This document shows positions 24,130 through 36,542 of a DNA stretch of 64,000 bases, piece after piece. Each line of letters opens with the position of its first letter. Positions within the stretch are counted from its first letter, which is position 1. Under the pieces are notes generated by a model that ran no database searches, was not told where the DNA came from, and saw only the letters and a program-made list of their open reading frames with translations. The position numbers and the translations under genes are program-made. Origin of the DNA: Gracilinanus agilis (lineage: Eukaryota); NCBI RefSeq assembly GCF_016433145.1, contig NC_058131.1, positions 485,468,888-485,532,887 on the forward strand, given 5' to 3'.

Positions 24130-24345
24130 TTTAAATGAAAAAAAATATTTTTATACCCATACCTTCCATCTTAGAATCAATGTTATTAATTAGTCCCAAG
24201 ACAGAAAAGTGGTGGAAGGGCGAGGCAATGGGGGTTAAAGGACTTGCCCAAGGTCAACAAGCTAAGCAGTTTCTAAGAGCAGATTTGAATCCAGGACCTC
24301 CCAACTCTGGACCAGGCTCTCAATTTACTGAACCATCCAGATGCT
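24130..24345 (-). mobile_element. SINE1_Mdo-type SINE
   Basis: cccataccttccatcttagaatc...gcaatgggggttaaaggacttgccc...ggacctcccaactc. Confidence 0.85.
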
Positions 24346-24349
24346 CTCC

Positions 24350-24540
24350 CTCCATTCCCCCATCTTATTCTTAATGTGTACTCTTGATATAGTAAAATAG
24401 CAGAAAATGGATCTAGAAACTTTCAATAATCTATACAATAATAAGTAAAGATAAGGTTTATTATTCTAAGGCAGCTATGAAGAGATGAATAATTCCTCCT
24501 CAAAAGGAAGAAAGAAGATTAATAGAGGTTCTCTAAGTAT
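24350..24540 (+). mobile_element. Dong/R4 fossil, post-RT segment
   Basis: LMCTLDIVK*QKMDLETFN...YYSKAAMKR*IIPPQKEERRLIEV resembles YSFGIVKWxxTDLExL...HHPKSAxERLxLPRxEGGRGLxD. Confidence 0.8.
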
Positions 24541-24544
24541 ATTT

Positions 24545-24970
24545 TTTGTTTGAAAACTTTATTTTAAAATTTTGAATATGTTCCCATAGTTACATGTTTC
24601 ATGTTCTTTCCCTCTCCCCCAAACCCCCCTGTCCTCTAAGTATATGATACAAATTAAAGATTTACAGGAAAATTTTGTCTTTTTTAAAATTTTTTGCCAT
24701 GTTTACATGATTTTATTGTTTCCCTCCCCTCTCTCCTCCTTCCTCCCAGAGTTGACAAGAAATTCCCCTGGTTTATACATGTATTATAACTCAAAACCTA
24801 TTTCCATATTATTCATTTTTGTAATAGAGTAATCTTTTAAAACCAAAACTTCAATCATAAACCCATATAAACAAGTGATAAATCATATATTTTCTTCTGG
24901 ATTTCTACTCCTACCTTTTTCTTTTTCTAGATGTGGATAGCATTTTTTCTCATGAGTCCCCCAGAATTGT
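24545..24970 (-). mobile_element. two stacked L1 3'-end fragments
   Basis: Repeated ccatagttacatg / ccatgtttacatg...cctctcc motifs and gatgtggatagcatt, as in other L1 tails of the window. Confidence 0.75.
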
Positions 24971-25850
24971 CTTACAAGGAAACTTTTGAATCAAACATTC
25001 TTCACTCCATGAAGCAACAGGAATACTTAAACATGTACACCTCTGGATTTTTTTTACTCTTAACCGAAGATGGTTTATTTCCAAACAGAATTTATGGCTA
25101 AGATCCAAGAACAAATCAAACAGAATTCCATGTGTGACATTCGCATGGACTTAATCCAACGATATATCCATAAAGAAGCAGTGGACAAATAATTAGCTGA
25201 GTGATGTAGATCTGTTGAAAGAAACTGATGGATTTATGGTAGCAATATAAAATCAAGTCATTGCTATCAGAAATGACAGAAAAGCTGCTCTTAAGAAACT
25301 CTAACTAATTGATTCATGCAGATTTGCCTGAGAAGTGGTGGAAAGTTTGCAAAATATCACTACAGTTGGTAAAAAATTAGGATCTACTCTACTGGGTAGC
25401 TAGAAAGACACGATCAAGTGACTAGAACTATGTATATACTAGATTTTCAATATCTTGTGTATACTAACAGATGATAAACCCTGTTGTACAAATCAAGCTT
25501 ACCAAATATTGAGACAGTAACTAATAAACTCTGCTGCTACTGGACTATGATTAGAGCCAGAACTCATCTTCACAGACAACCAGGCATTAACATTGACCCA
25601 TAAAAATTTAAAAACCATTTTTAAAATAAATGTCACCATATCAAATATTCATAATCTTTGCTTTTTGAAATAAAAGTCTTCAAAATATATAAACTTAGCA
25701 GAGGGAACCAGAAATGAAATACTTATTATCCCCATTGTCCTGTACTGGGCTGTTCCCAAAGATGCTTCCAGTGTATCTTGATATGATGAACTTATATCAG
25801 CATACTTTTATTTAATTACAAAATCATTTTATCTATCCATATAAGAGTCT
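24970..25850 (+). mobile_element. Dong/R4 fossil, C-terminal CCHC and restriction-like endonuclease region
   Basis: N*LSDVDLLKETDGFMVAI*NQVIAIRN (25.2 kb); SCRFA..ESLQNITT; ERHDQVTR; YWTMIRARTHLHRQPGI; INVTISNIHNL...SKYINLAE; IIPIV. Confidence 0.85.
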
Positions 25851-27626
25851 GAAGAATATGAATTTTAAATTAATGATAGAATGATAACAATTTGTCCCAG
25901 GATCTTTTTCTATTTGAACTCCATAAAAAACAATAGAAGGATGAATCGAGTAACAGCAGCAATAATGATTCTATATCACCAAATCTTAATTTTAAAATGT
26001 AATTATTTTAACCACCTATCCAATAGTCTGAAGAACTTTAAAAGAATAAAAGTGGGATAGTGACTTTTCCCCAGACTGTTTCTTTCTACTGATATTAAAA
26101 AAAAATAATAGCTTACATTTATGTGATATTTAAAGAATGTTCCTCACAACAGCCATGTGAGGTAGGTAGCATTAGAATTTTCCCCATTTTACAGATGAGG
26201 AAACTGTGGGTTAGAATTGAAGCGACCTGCCTATTGTCACACAACTTGTTAGTGACAAATTCATGACTTGAACCTAGGGTTATTTTTTTGGTTCCTCCAA
26301 GTAGCCTCTGACTTTGAGCTCTGTCCTACCTAAACTGCCTTTGAAGACTTTCAGAAAGTAGTGGTATTTGAGCTGGACTTTAAAAGATGACTTGGCATTC
26401 AAAAGAGGAAAGGGGGAGGGAGGAGATTTCAGGCATTAGGAACCATATGCACAAAGTTTTGAAGAAAAGTGTAGGGTATGTCATCCATGCTAGGATGGAA
26501 TCAACATCCTTGGTATGGTGCTTATATCTCTTGTGGTAACCTACCTAGACAATACTTTAGCTCTGGGGCATGGAACCTTGGGCAAGCACTTGGGGCATGG
26601 AACCTTGGCCTTTTTGGCAATGCAGTGAAGCCAGCTGAGTTAAGAAAGAAAAAAATTCTCCACATGCAGACTGGCTTCTTGCCTTGTTTACGGCGTATTT
26701 TTATCTCACTTTCAATTTTGCTTCTCTCTTTTTTCTCATTTCTTAAATTTAAATATTTGATGTCAGTTCAGTTATTTTTATGACAATCCTTTTTTTTCCT
26801 TCCAGAAACAGAAAGTAGAAGAGAATGCGAATCCCACTGGGGCATCTGTCTCCTACTTTTAATTAGTCCCTTTTCCACTTGCAAGGCACTGGCACCAGGA
26901 ATTTCTTGGCATTTTATTTTACCCACACATAATGCCAGTTTTGGCAGTCCTGGGTCCCCTCTTGCCCCTTTCCACTGTGATCCCTGGTGCCCTCAGTCAT
27001 CCACTATGATAGCTCTCAACATGCTTTCAATGGATTTTGACTATGAAGTGTTTCAGAGAGCTCAAAAGCTTTTCTGTCCCAAATTTTGGAGTCTGTGAGA
27101 AAGAGTCCATGTAGCATCAATGTTGTTAGCTGGTTAATTTGACCAATATAGACAAATCACACCATGAGTTCCTCTCCAATGTGGAGGAAGGCTATTTTCC
27201 TTTAAAGCATAAACCTATACAAAGAAGACTTGTCAGAGAGTCAGAGGTTCTGAACTGTAGCCTTCTTTCACCCACTGACTTGGGCAAATCACTTAAACTC
27301 TTTATGCCTTCTCAGTAGTATAGGGAAAATAATTCTTCCTTTTCTCTCTAACCTAAAAAGGCAACTGTGGTAATTGCATATGGGATGTGCTCAGTATTTG
27401 AAAGGAACTTAATGAATATAGTTGGGATATTTTCTTCATATCCTTGCCTCCCCTAATTTTGCTTGTCTTCTTTTCCTCCTTGTCTATCTGGATAGAAGGT
27501 CCCTTGGTCTCCTGTTTCTAGCTGGTCAGTTCCAATTCATAGTTCTTCAATCCTGGATCCAGGGGGAGTAATGCTAAAAACCTTCATTTTTGAAAAGTGA
27601 GATCTCTTGAATTGACTCCTGTTCAG

Positions 27627-27700
27627 GTCCGTACTTGCTGCTTCCTTCTCCGCCTTATCACTCAGCAACCTTCTTGGCAACATGGAACAGTCAAACAGAC
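27627..27700 (+). other. candidate exon (74 nt) with ATG in good Kozak context
   Basis: ctcctgttcag| acceptor, perfect GTAAGT donor at 27701, aacATGG at 27682 (MEQSNR...), three retained CpGs. Confidence 0.3.
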
Positions 27701-28839
27701 GTAAGTCCAGTCAGGGTGTGATACTGATTTGCTAGGGTTTTTAAGGCTCTTCTAAGGCCCTATAGGCTACTACATGAACCAGGTATCCATTTCCTGAGTT
27801 AGAGTAGTGGATAAGGTGGTACAATGGGAGCTTCAGGACTAAGCAGATTCAAGGAACTTGAAAAGAGGATGATCCTTCTTTTTCTCTTGCTGCCCTTTTC
27901 TTTTACATCTCATAGACAGAGCTATCCTTGATTGTGGAGAGAAGCATTCTATTTAGGCTTTTATGTCCCAGCAATTTTTCATTTGAATGAAATATATTTA
28001 TAGTATATTTATTATAGGCTTAGTCCTTGGAGATGATCTAATCCACCCTATCATTTTACAAATAAAGAAATCGAGTCCCATAAAGATGAAAGGACTTGCC
28101 CAAGTTTCACACTGGTATTAAATAGCAGAATTAGCATTTGAACTCAGACCTTCTGAATAAACTTTCTAGTGTGCCTTCTAACAGATAACTTTTCCAGCTT
28201 GATCATGATAGCCTAGAAAGTAATCTTTCTTTGACCTCTGGGGAAAATTCTCAAGAATATCCCCACAGCAACCTCTCTGCATCTTTACCTTATAGTCTAG
28301 ACTTATCTAAATCAGTTGGAGGATGTTTCCTTAGTTCAGCTGACCAAGATTCCATGCCCTGAGTGCTTTCAAAGAGAACACCCAGAGCCAAAGGAGTATC
28401 CAGGTGGCTCAGGTTGTGTGAATGCCGCTAAGGATATTGGTTCCATCCCAGCATGAATGACTCACCCTACTTGTCCTTTCTTGATTCTATTGATTTGTTC
28501 TTGAAATGCTTTGCTCTTTTCTTTATTTTTTTCCTTTATTTTTTTTTTTTTATTCTTTTCTTTAGAATGGTTTTAGGTACTGCAGATGATTGGGAAGGCC
28601 AAAAGAGTCTCATCAGAGACTGACCTAATCCTCACATCTTGGCTGTCCCCTTAATTTGGTGCCTTGTTCCATGTGACTGTGGGGTTTCTGGATGCCAGAG
28701 GGAGAGAGGAGAAGGGTATGGGTTGTGAGGGAAGAGGTGGTATGCAGGGCTCAAGTACACATGTTCCATATTAATCTTCATTTCAATGAAGTTGTTTGAG
28801 TTCATGCTTTATTGCAGTGCTTTAGAATAATGTGTTTGT

Positions 28840-29460
28840 AACGGTGCCCCCGGGGGTAGTGCTTGCACTTTTGCAATCCTATCGCCCAAACGGCTCACGA
28901 GACCAACTACAATAATAGGAAATGAGGCACCCCCTGGTGCACCATCTGAATTTATAATAGCAATTTCTATGATGCCCTGAGGCCAGCTCTGTTTGTATTA
29001 GAGAACATGCGGGAGCCTGGTTGTGAAGGGGGTGCCTCCTCCCTTCCTGCCCTCTTTCCATCTCCTTTGAACCAAACCCCATTTTAACCTGGGGAAAAGT
29101 GGTACGTTTAGCTTTCTCTCTCTTCTTCTCCCATTTGGTCTCAAGGAGGGAAATCTCCCCAGCTGCTCTGTTTCTGCTCTGGGGCTGTGGCTGGGGTGAA
29201 GTGGGTTTTGTGTGAAGACAGTTGGGAGGAATTGGCTCCGATCCCTTCCTCCCCTTCCTTTCCCAACCTTGCAGCACCCTACCTATAAAGCAGAAAGCCC
29301 CTCTGGGGTCTCCTGTGCCTTCACTGTCAACGTGGTGAAATATGAAATGACAACATAATGAAATGAACTTGGTCTCATTAAGATTCCAAGTGGTTGCCTG
29401 GCTTCCATCTAGCCTGGAACCCACACACACAGTGCAAGCGGCAGAAGTGGGTCAGTGCTG
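28840..29460. promoter_or_regulatory. repeat-free CpG-retaining putative enhancer/promoter
   Basis: Cluster of CpGs at 28841-29015, palindrome cccccggggg, CTCF-like caccccctggtgc, TATAAAG at 29284. Confidence 0.4.
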
Positions 29461-30429
29461 TGGGGTGTGTGTAGGAACTTGATGGGAGACTCAGAATGAA
29501 CTTAGGCACAAGGATGGTTTGGATGGAACCTGAAAGCCCTGGGAGGATTCGGGAGTCTCAGGTGGAGCAGCTGGGACTGAGTGTTCATCAAGATCTGTCC
29601 CTTGGAGCATAGAATAAAGAGAAGAGAAAGACAAGAGACCCTCCCTCCTTTCTTATTAGTAACCCCAGCCCAGAGTAATTACCTCAAGCCTATGAATCAA
29701 GAGTAAGCAGCAAACATATAACACCTGCCTTACAAAGAGATCACTGCATTTATAGTATGTAATGCTGTGTGACTTTGGACAAATTACTTTTCTCCTAGGT
29801 CCTCAGTTTCCTCATCTATGGATGGGAATATTAGAGTTGGTAACCTTAAGTTTTCTTCTAGCTTTCACTTTCTATAGTTGTATGATCTATGACTGTGTAT
29901 ATGCTGTAGAGGAAGTATAGAAAAGCTGTAAAAATACTCTACTTGGAGTCTAAAGACAAGTTCCAGCTTTGGCTCTGCTAAGTATGTCTTTGGGTCAATT
30001 GTTCAGCTTCATTTTCTCTTGAAAAGGCAATGATGATGACAACAACAACAATAAAAGTTAGCATTTATATAGAGATTAAGGTTTGCTTTCCATATATTAT
30101 TCGGTTAATCTTCACAACAACACTATGAGGCAGATGCTATTATTATCATCCCCATTTTGAGTATGAGGAAACTGAGGCGGAGAGAAGTTAAGTGATTTTC
30201 TCTAGTCACACAGCTTCCAAGTTAGGATCTGAATTCAAACATTTGTGGCTCTTAAGACCATCACTCTATCTACAGTTACACTAGAAAAATGAGGTAGGGA
30301 GTGATCTTTGGAAAACAAAAAAAATGGCCATCACGTTCTCCGGAATTGACTGAGGCTAGGCAAACATATTTATCTGAGATAGAAAATTTTTTCATCTATG
30401 CAATGTGGATATGATACTTCCAACTTATA

Positions 30430-31230
30430 CTATTTTATTTTTTTGAACTGAAAAATTTGATTCAATTAATTAATTTAGAATATTTTTCAATGGTTACATG
30501 ATTCATGTTCTTTCTGTCTACCCCCTCCCCCATAGCTGATGCACAATTCCACTGGGTTTTACATGTATCATTGATCAAGACCTATTTCCATATTATTGAT
30601 AATTGCATGGGGTGGTCATTTAAAGTCTACATCCCCAATCATGTCCCCATCAACCCATGTGATCAAGCACCAACTTATTCCACTTCAAAGTGATAGTCAT
30701 ATCAGGTTTCAGGTGGAACCAGACTGCTAAACTGGATAAAGAGCTTGGGAGAAGGGTAGAAGAACATTCATGAATATGAGGATCATAACCATGAGTCTAG
30801 AGGAGAGGACATATAGTGAAGTAAGTCACCAACATCCTGATTGAGAAACAATGGACTTAAGGTGCAGAATGAAACATGCGATTTTAAATATGGCCAGTAT
30901 GGGAATTGTTTTACTGGACTACATTTGTTACAAGGGTTTTGTTTTTGTTTTCTCAGTTGAGGAGGAATAGTTGAGTAGGAAGGGGCTAGCAATAGGGTTA
31001 CCAAAAAGGAAAAGAAAAGAAATAAAAAGCATTTTTTAAAATAATGCAACTTAGAGAATAGAAAGAAAGCTACAAGGAAACAAAGAAAATTAGGATAGCT
31101 TTGAAAGTTAACTATCAAAAAGGTAAAGCAAATAGTAGATACAAAGAGCCTTATAGCTTCATACATAACCCCTTTTTATATTCTATTTTGGGTATGAAAA
31201 AAATGATGTTAAGTTCAGAATAAGGAAAAA
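30430..31230. mobile_element. L1 3' fragments (30430-30670 minus, younger; about 30700-31230 plus, older)
   Basis: caatggttacatgattcatg...gcacaattccactgggttttacatg; gagaaacaatggacttaaggtgcagaatga...atatggccagtatgggaattg. Confidence 0.7.
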
Positions 31231-31764
31231 AGTGAGGGTCAGTGATGTAATGAGTCAGCAGTCACCTAATAAAGGGAAAATGAACAGAATGTAGATGTTA
31301 GAGAAAGATCAAACATGAATATTCAAAGCCTGTATAAGCTATCAGCAGGTACCTTAAGTAGGCGGAGGAAAAGAACAAATTCTAAGCCAGGAAATCTATA
31401 GACACTACAGAAGAAGGGGACAAGGGTGACAGAATAATAGCAAAATAATATCAGCAGGAAGGAAAGCATCCAATATGGAATCAGCTTGCTTTCCCCCCCA
31501 TTTTAGATACCCATATTTCCTTCTCAGCCTGGTGAGAATCAATCTTTTTTTTTTTTTTTAAACCCTTATCTTCCATCTTGGAGTCAGGGAATATTAAGTT
31601 CAAATTTGACTTTTTACACTAATTAGTGTTGTGATCCTTGACAAGTCACTTCACCTCCCTATCCTTTAGTTTCCTTATCAGTATGGGGGTAATAATAGAA
31701 TTATTTCCTGGGGTTGTTTCGAAGTTAAAATAAATTAATATTTGTAAAGTGCTATGGACTGTAT

Positions 31765-32010
31765 TGTTTTTCAGTCATGTCTGACTCTTTGTGACCAGTG
31801 GACCATAGCACACCAATTCTGTGCATGAGGTTTCCTTAACAAAGATACTGGAGTGATTTGCTATTTTCTTCTCCAGAGGATTAAGGCAAACAGAGGTTAG
31901 GTTACTTGCCTAACGTCACACAGCTAGTTCCAAGCGTCTGAGGCCAGATTTGACCTCAGGTTTTCCTGACTTCAAGCCTAGCACTCTATCTACTGTGCCC
32001 TTCGCTGCCT
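31765..32010 (-). mobile_element. Mar1-type SINE variant
   Basis: cagtcatgtctgactctttgtgacc..tggaccatagcacacc...aagatactggagtgatttgc...ggattaaggcaaacagagg. Confidence 0.8.
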
Positions 32011-32159
32011 CCTCTGGGCTATATGCTTGGGAGTTATTTACTATTATTATTATTTCTTCTCTTCTTATGATAGATATTATGTGTTGGGGGGGCCAGGAAA
32101 GGGGAGATCAGAATTAGAAGTGACACGTTTTTTGAAACATAGAGTTTAAGAATTACGTG

Positions 32160-32550
32160 ACTGTTGGTCACCTATTGTAACACAGTGGATAAAAGTATCT
32201 GGGCTAGAGTTGGGAAGACCTTGGTTCAAATTCGGCTTCAGGTGCTTCCTAACTGCGTGACCCTGGGCAAATCACTTAACCCTGATTACATAGCCCTTGC
32301 CACTCTCCTGACTTAGAATTGTTACTAAGACAGAGGGTAAGTTTTTTTTTTTAAATTAGTTTTTAAAAACATGGCAGCCAAGTTGCTCAGTGGATAGAGA
32401 ACCAGACTTAGAGATAGGAAGTGCTGTGTTCAAATGTGGCCTCAGATACTTCCTGGGTGTATGCCCCTGGGCAAGTCACTGAACCCCCATTACTTAGCCC
32501 TTACTGCTCTTCTGCCTTGAAATGGACAAAAGTAAGGGTTAAAAAAAAAG
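32160..32550 (+). mobile_element. two tandem SINE1_Mdo-type SINEs
   Basis: Two heads (cacagtggataaa / gctcagtggatagaga), each with ccctgggcaa(a/g)tcact and a gggtaag / agggttaaaa tail. Confidence 0.8.
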
Positions 32551-33584
32551 AATACAGATATTATTTCCTTTTTTTTCATTATAATCAAGTGCTTAGCATA
32601 GCATTTTACATATAGTTATGATTTAATAAATACTTATTAATTTGAACCTTCTTACATATATACATGTTCGTCTCATTCTTTGCAAGTTTGAAGTATGTGT
32701 TGGGCACCCATGTTCCCACTTCATACATTTGCTTGGTTTAAAGAAAGGTGTATCCTCTAAAACTGCATAATAACTTGCCAGAGGACTCCTCTGTATGACC
32801 ATTACTAAACAAATGAAGTTGAATTTGGTAAAGGGAGGCAGGAATGGTTTGCAAATCAGTCAGTAAGGAGATATATCCGGTAAGTTGGCCAGAATAATTT
32901 CAGATCCTGGACCTCCTGCTGAAGTGAAAAATGACATTTATAGGAGGGAAGCTTAGAATTAATCCTCTGAAATGATAGTAAGGTGAATTCTTTCCTGCCA
33001 CCACTGTGATTGCTCTTCCTCCCATCTCTGTCTCTCCTTATTATTGTAATGAGTTCTGCTTTCCAAAGTGGATAAAGTCACCATTCAGATAAGATCTGTT
33101 TTGTCTGTTGCAGCCAAGTTGATCTGATCACAGTTTGGATTGAGGCTTTGGAATTTATCTTGGGTATTTAACTTCTTGGGCTAAGGGATATAAAAGTGGT
33201 GACCTGACTCAAATGTATCTGCAATGATTCATCAGCTACCTCCAAGCCGACTCCCTAGAACCCGGCCTTAGAGTAGAAGACTTACTATTCTGCTTACTTT
33301 GATCCTGAAGGTCATATGAATCCTGGTTGCCATGATTTCCTTCTTATCCTTGGTTTGTGAAGAATCTGGGCTTGGAAAAATGAAATTTGATGGTCGTCTG
33401 GCTTCTTTTTGAGGGAGTTCTAAAATCACTCTACTATTTTTTAAAGTGGTTTTTCTCTTTCAAAAGAACTCTATCCATTGACAAAATGTCCTCTTCCCTC
33501 TTGAGCAAAGTGGCTCTTCCCCTTCCTGTCTCTGTTCCCATTTTTCTGTTTCCCACAATCTCTTAAAAATATTTCTCTTCTCTT

Positions 33585-34160
33585 TGTTGTTATTCAGTTA
33601 TGTCTGATTCTTCATGTCTCCATGGACCATAGCACACCAATGCTGTCCATGGAGTCTTCTTGACAAATATATTATACTGGCTTTCCATTTCCTTTTCTGA
33701 TGGACTAGGGTAGGTAGAGGTTAAATGACTTGCTTAGGGTCATTAAAGTAGTTAGTATGTTTCTTTTCTTCTTTTTAAACCAAATAAATGTAATAACAAA
33801 ATTAGTAAGTTTCTGAGGTCGAATTTGAACTATGGTCTTCTTGACTCTAGGCTTAGTGCTCTTATTCACTGAGCCAACTCTGTGTCTCTACTCTCTTTTA
33901 ATGAGTTTTTTTTTTTTTTTTTTGGCTAGTGCTGGATCAGGTATCTCTTAGGTGAACAGAGTTAAGTTATTTGCCAAGGGTCACAAAGCTATAGAATCTA
34001 TAATAGATATTATTTCCAAGACAAAAGAGATGTAAGGGCTGGGCAATGTGGGATAAATTACTTGCCCAGGGTCACATAGCCAGGAAGTGTTGGAGTCCAG
34101 ATTTGAACCTGGGACCTCCTGTCTCTAAGCCTGGCTCTCTATACACTGAGCCACCTAGCT
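33585..34160 (-). mobile_element. Mar1-type SINE (33585-33870) and SINE1_Mdo fragment (34020-34160)
   Basis: ttgttgttattcagttatgtctgattc...tggaccatagcacacc; gcccagggtcacatagccaggaagtg...gatttgaacctgggacctcc. Confidence 0.75.
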
Positions 34161-34569
34161 GTTCTCTCCCTCTACTCCCCACCCCCAATTCTCTTTTAAG
34201 GGAGTGTCTTTTGTGCTAGACCTCTTCTTAGTGATAGAAAATACTATATTTTCATAGCATCTCAGAATGTAGAGTTGGAAGGGACCTGAGAGATCATCCG
34301 ATTTTTTCTTTTTATAGATAAGAAAACAGTATCCCAATGAGGCAGCTAGATGGCACCATGGATTGAACATTGGGTTTAGAATTAAGATCTGAGTTTAAAT
34401 CCAACCTCCAACATTTCCTAGTCATATGATCCTGGGTAAGTCACTGTTTGCCCTTTATCTTCCTCTGTTTCTTCAACTGTAAGATGGGGATGCTAATAGA
34501 ACCTACTTCCTAGGGTTACTATAAGGATTAAATGAGATATGATGATGATTTTAATCTAGTTTTCTTAAA

Positions 34570-36020
34570 AAGGATATTTTTATTCTCCCAGTTACATAGA
34601 ACAATTTTCAATATGTTTTCTGAAATTATAATATTCATATTTTCCCTCTTCCTTCCCTCCCCACCTCTTGAAGATGCTAAATAATTTGAACTGAGTTATA
34701 CATGCATTATCATGCAAAACATATTTACATATTGGTCATTGTTGTACGATAATACTCATATAAATCCAAAACCCCAAAATAAAACCATAAATGAACTAAT
34801 GTGAAAGATAGTATGTTTTGATCTGCATTTTGACTCCAAAAATTCTTTCTCTGGAGATTGATAGCATTCCCCATCATAAGTCTTTCAGGACTCTCCCAGA
34901 TCATTGTTTTTTGAGAGCAGACTTACTATTGGAGTTGATCGTTCAACAATATTTCTGTTACTGTGTACAATGTTCTCTTGGTTCTGCTTTTTTTTTCACT
35001 TTTTTTCAGTTGATGTATATCTTTCCAGCTTTTTCTGAAATCATTCTGCTCATTTTTTCTTACAGCACAATAGGATTCCATCACTATCATATACCAAAAT
35101 TTGTTCAGCCATTCCACAATTGTTGGACATCCCCATAATTTCCAATTCTTTGCCACTATAAAAAGAGCTACTATAAATATTTTTATTCAAGTAGGTCTTT
35201 CTCTCCTTTTCTTATCTCTTTAGGATTCAGATCTAGTAGTGGTATTATAGGATCTAAAGGGTATTCACAGTTTTATAGACCTTTGGGCATGGTTCCAAAT
35301 TGCCCTTCAGAATTATTTGATCAGTTCACAACACCACCAACCATGCATTAGAATCCCAATTTTGCCATTTCCCCTCCAACACATACTATTTTCCTTTACT
35401 GCCATATAAGGTGGTACCTCAGAGTTTTAAAATTTGTATTTCTCTAAATAAGAGTGATTTGTAACATTTAAAATATATTATTAATAGCTTTGATTTTTTT
35501 TTTATTTGAAAACCGCTTATTCATGTCCTTTGGCCATTTGTCAATTGGGGAATGGCTTCTATTTTTATAAATTTGACTTAATTCTTTATGTATTTGAGAA
35601 ATGAGACCTATTAGAGAAATTCATCATAAAAAAATTCCCCAATTTGTTTTTCCCTTTTAATTTTGGCTTTTTGAATTTTGTTTGTACAAAATCTTTTTAA
35701 TTTAATATAATTATAATTATTCGTATTAAATCTTGTAATGTTCTCTGTTTCTTGTTTGGTCATAAATTCATTCCTTCTCCAATAGATCTGACAATTAAAC
35801 TATTCTTTGTTGCCCTAATTTACTCATGATATCCCCTTTTATGTCTAAGTCATATACCCATTTTGACCATATCTAGGTATTGAATGTGTGATTGGTCTCT
35901 ACCTAGTTTCCACCATTCTGTTTTTCAGTTTTCCCAGCAGATTTTTTTTTCAACTAGTGAATTCTTATCCCAAAGTTGGGGCCATTGGTTTTTATCATAC
36001 ACTAGATTGCTAATGTTATT
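34570..36020 (-). mobile_element. 5'-truncated L1 (about 1.45 kb)
   Basis: Track ORF 34926-35156 AKNWKLWGCPTIVEWLNKFWYM...SRTKRTLY is L1 ORF2 C-terminus; antisense ORF2 sequence continues to about 36020. Confidence 0.9.
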
Positions 36021-36114
36021 TATCCTCCCTCCCCCCAAGAGAATATAGAATTATTCCTGAGAAGTCTTTAGAATCAGTCACTTTTAAGATCTCTCAAAAA
36101 GCAATAAGTTTTTT

Positions 36115-36542
36115 TCTTTGAACTCTTACCTTCTGCCTTAGAATTGATACTGACTACTGATTATAATGCAGAAGAGCCTTAAGGGCTAGGCAGTGTGGGT
36201 TAAGTGGGTTAAGTGACTTGGGCATTGTCACACAGCTAGGAAGTGTCTGAGGTCATATTGTCTCTAGGCTTGGCTCACTATTCAGTGAGCTACCTTCTTG
36301 CTCCAAAGGGTTATATATCTTGTCTTTTTTTTTTTTTTTTTTTTTTTAAATCCCTTATCTTTGGTCTTGGAGTCAATACTGTGTATTGGCTCCAAGGCAG
36401 AAGAGTGGTAAGGGCTAGGCAATGGGGGTCAAGTGACTCGCCCAGGGTCACATGGCTGGTAAGTGTTTGAGGCCAGATTTGAACTTAGGACCTCCCGTCT
36501 CTAGGCCTGGCTCTCAATCCACTGAGCTACCCAGCTGCCCCC
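36115..36542 (-). mobile_element. two SINE1_Mdo copies; 36325-36542 is young
   Basis: Second copy near-consensus with long poly-T and retained CpGs; flanking tatatctt duplication (36314-21 / 36543-50). Confidence 0.9.

Noticed and set aside
28879-29430. Longest ORF in the track (183 aa, minus strand)
   Set aside because: Non-ATG start, no recognisable domain, low-complexity composition; explained by locally higher GC in a regulatory-looking patch.
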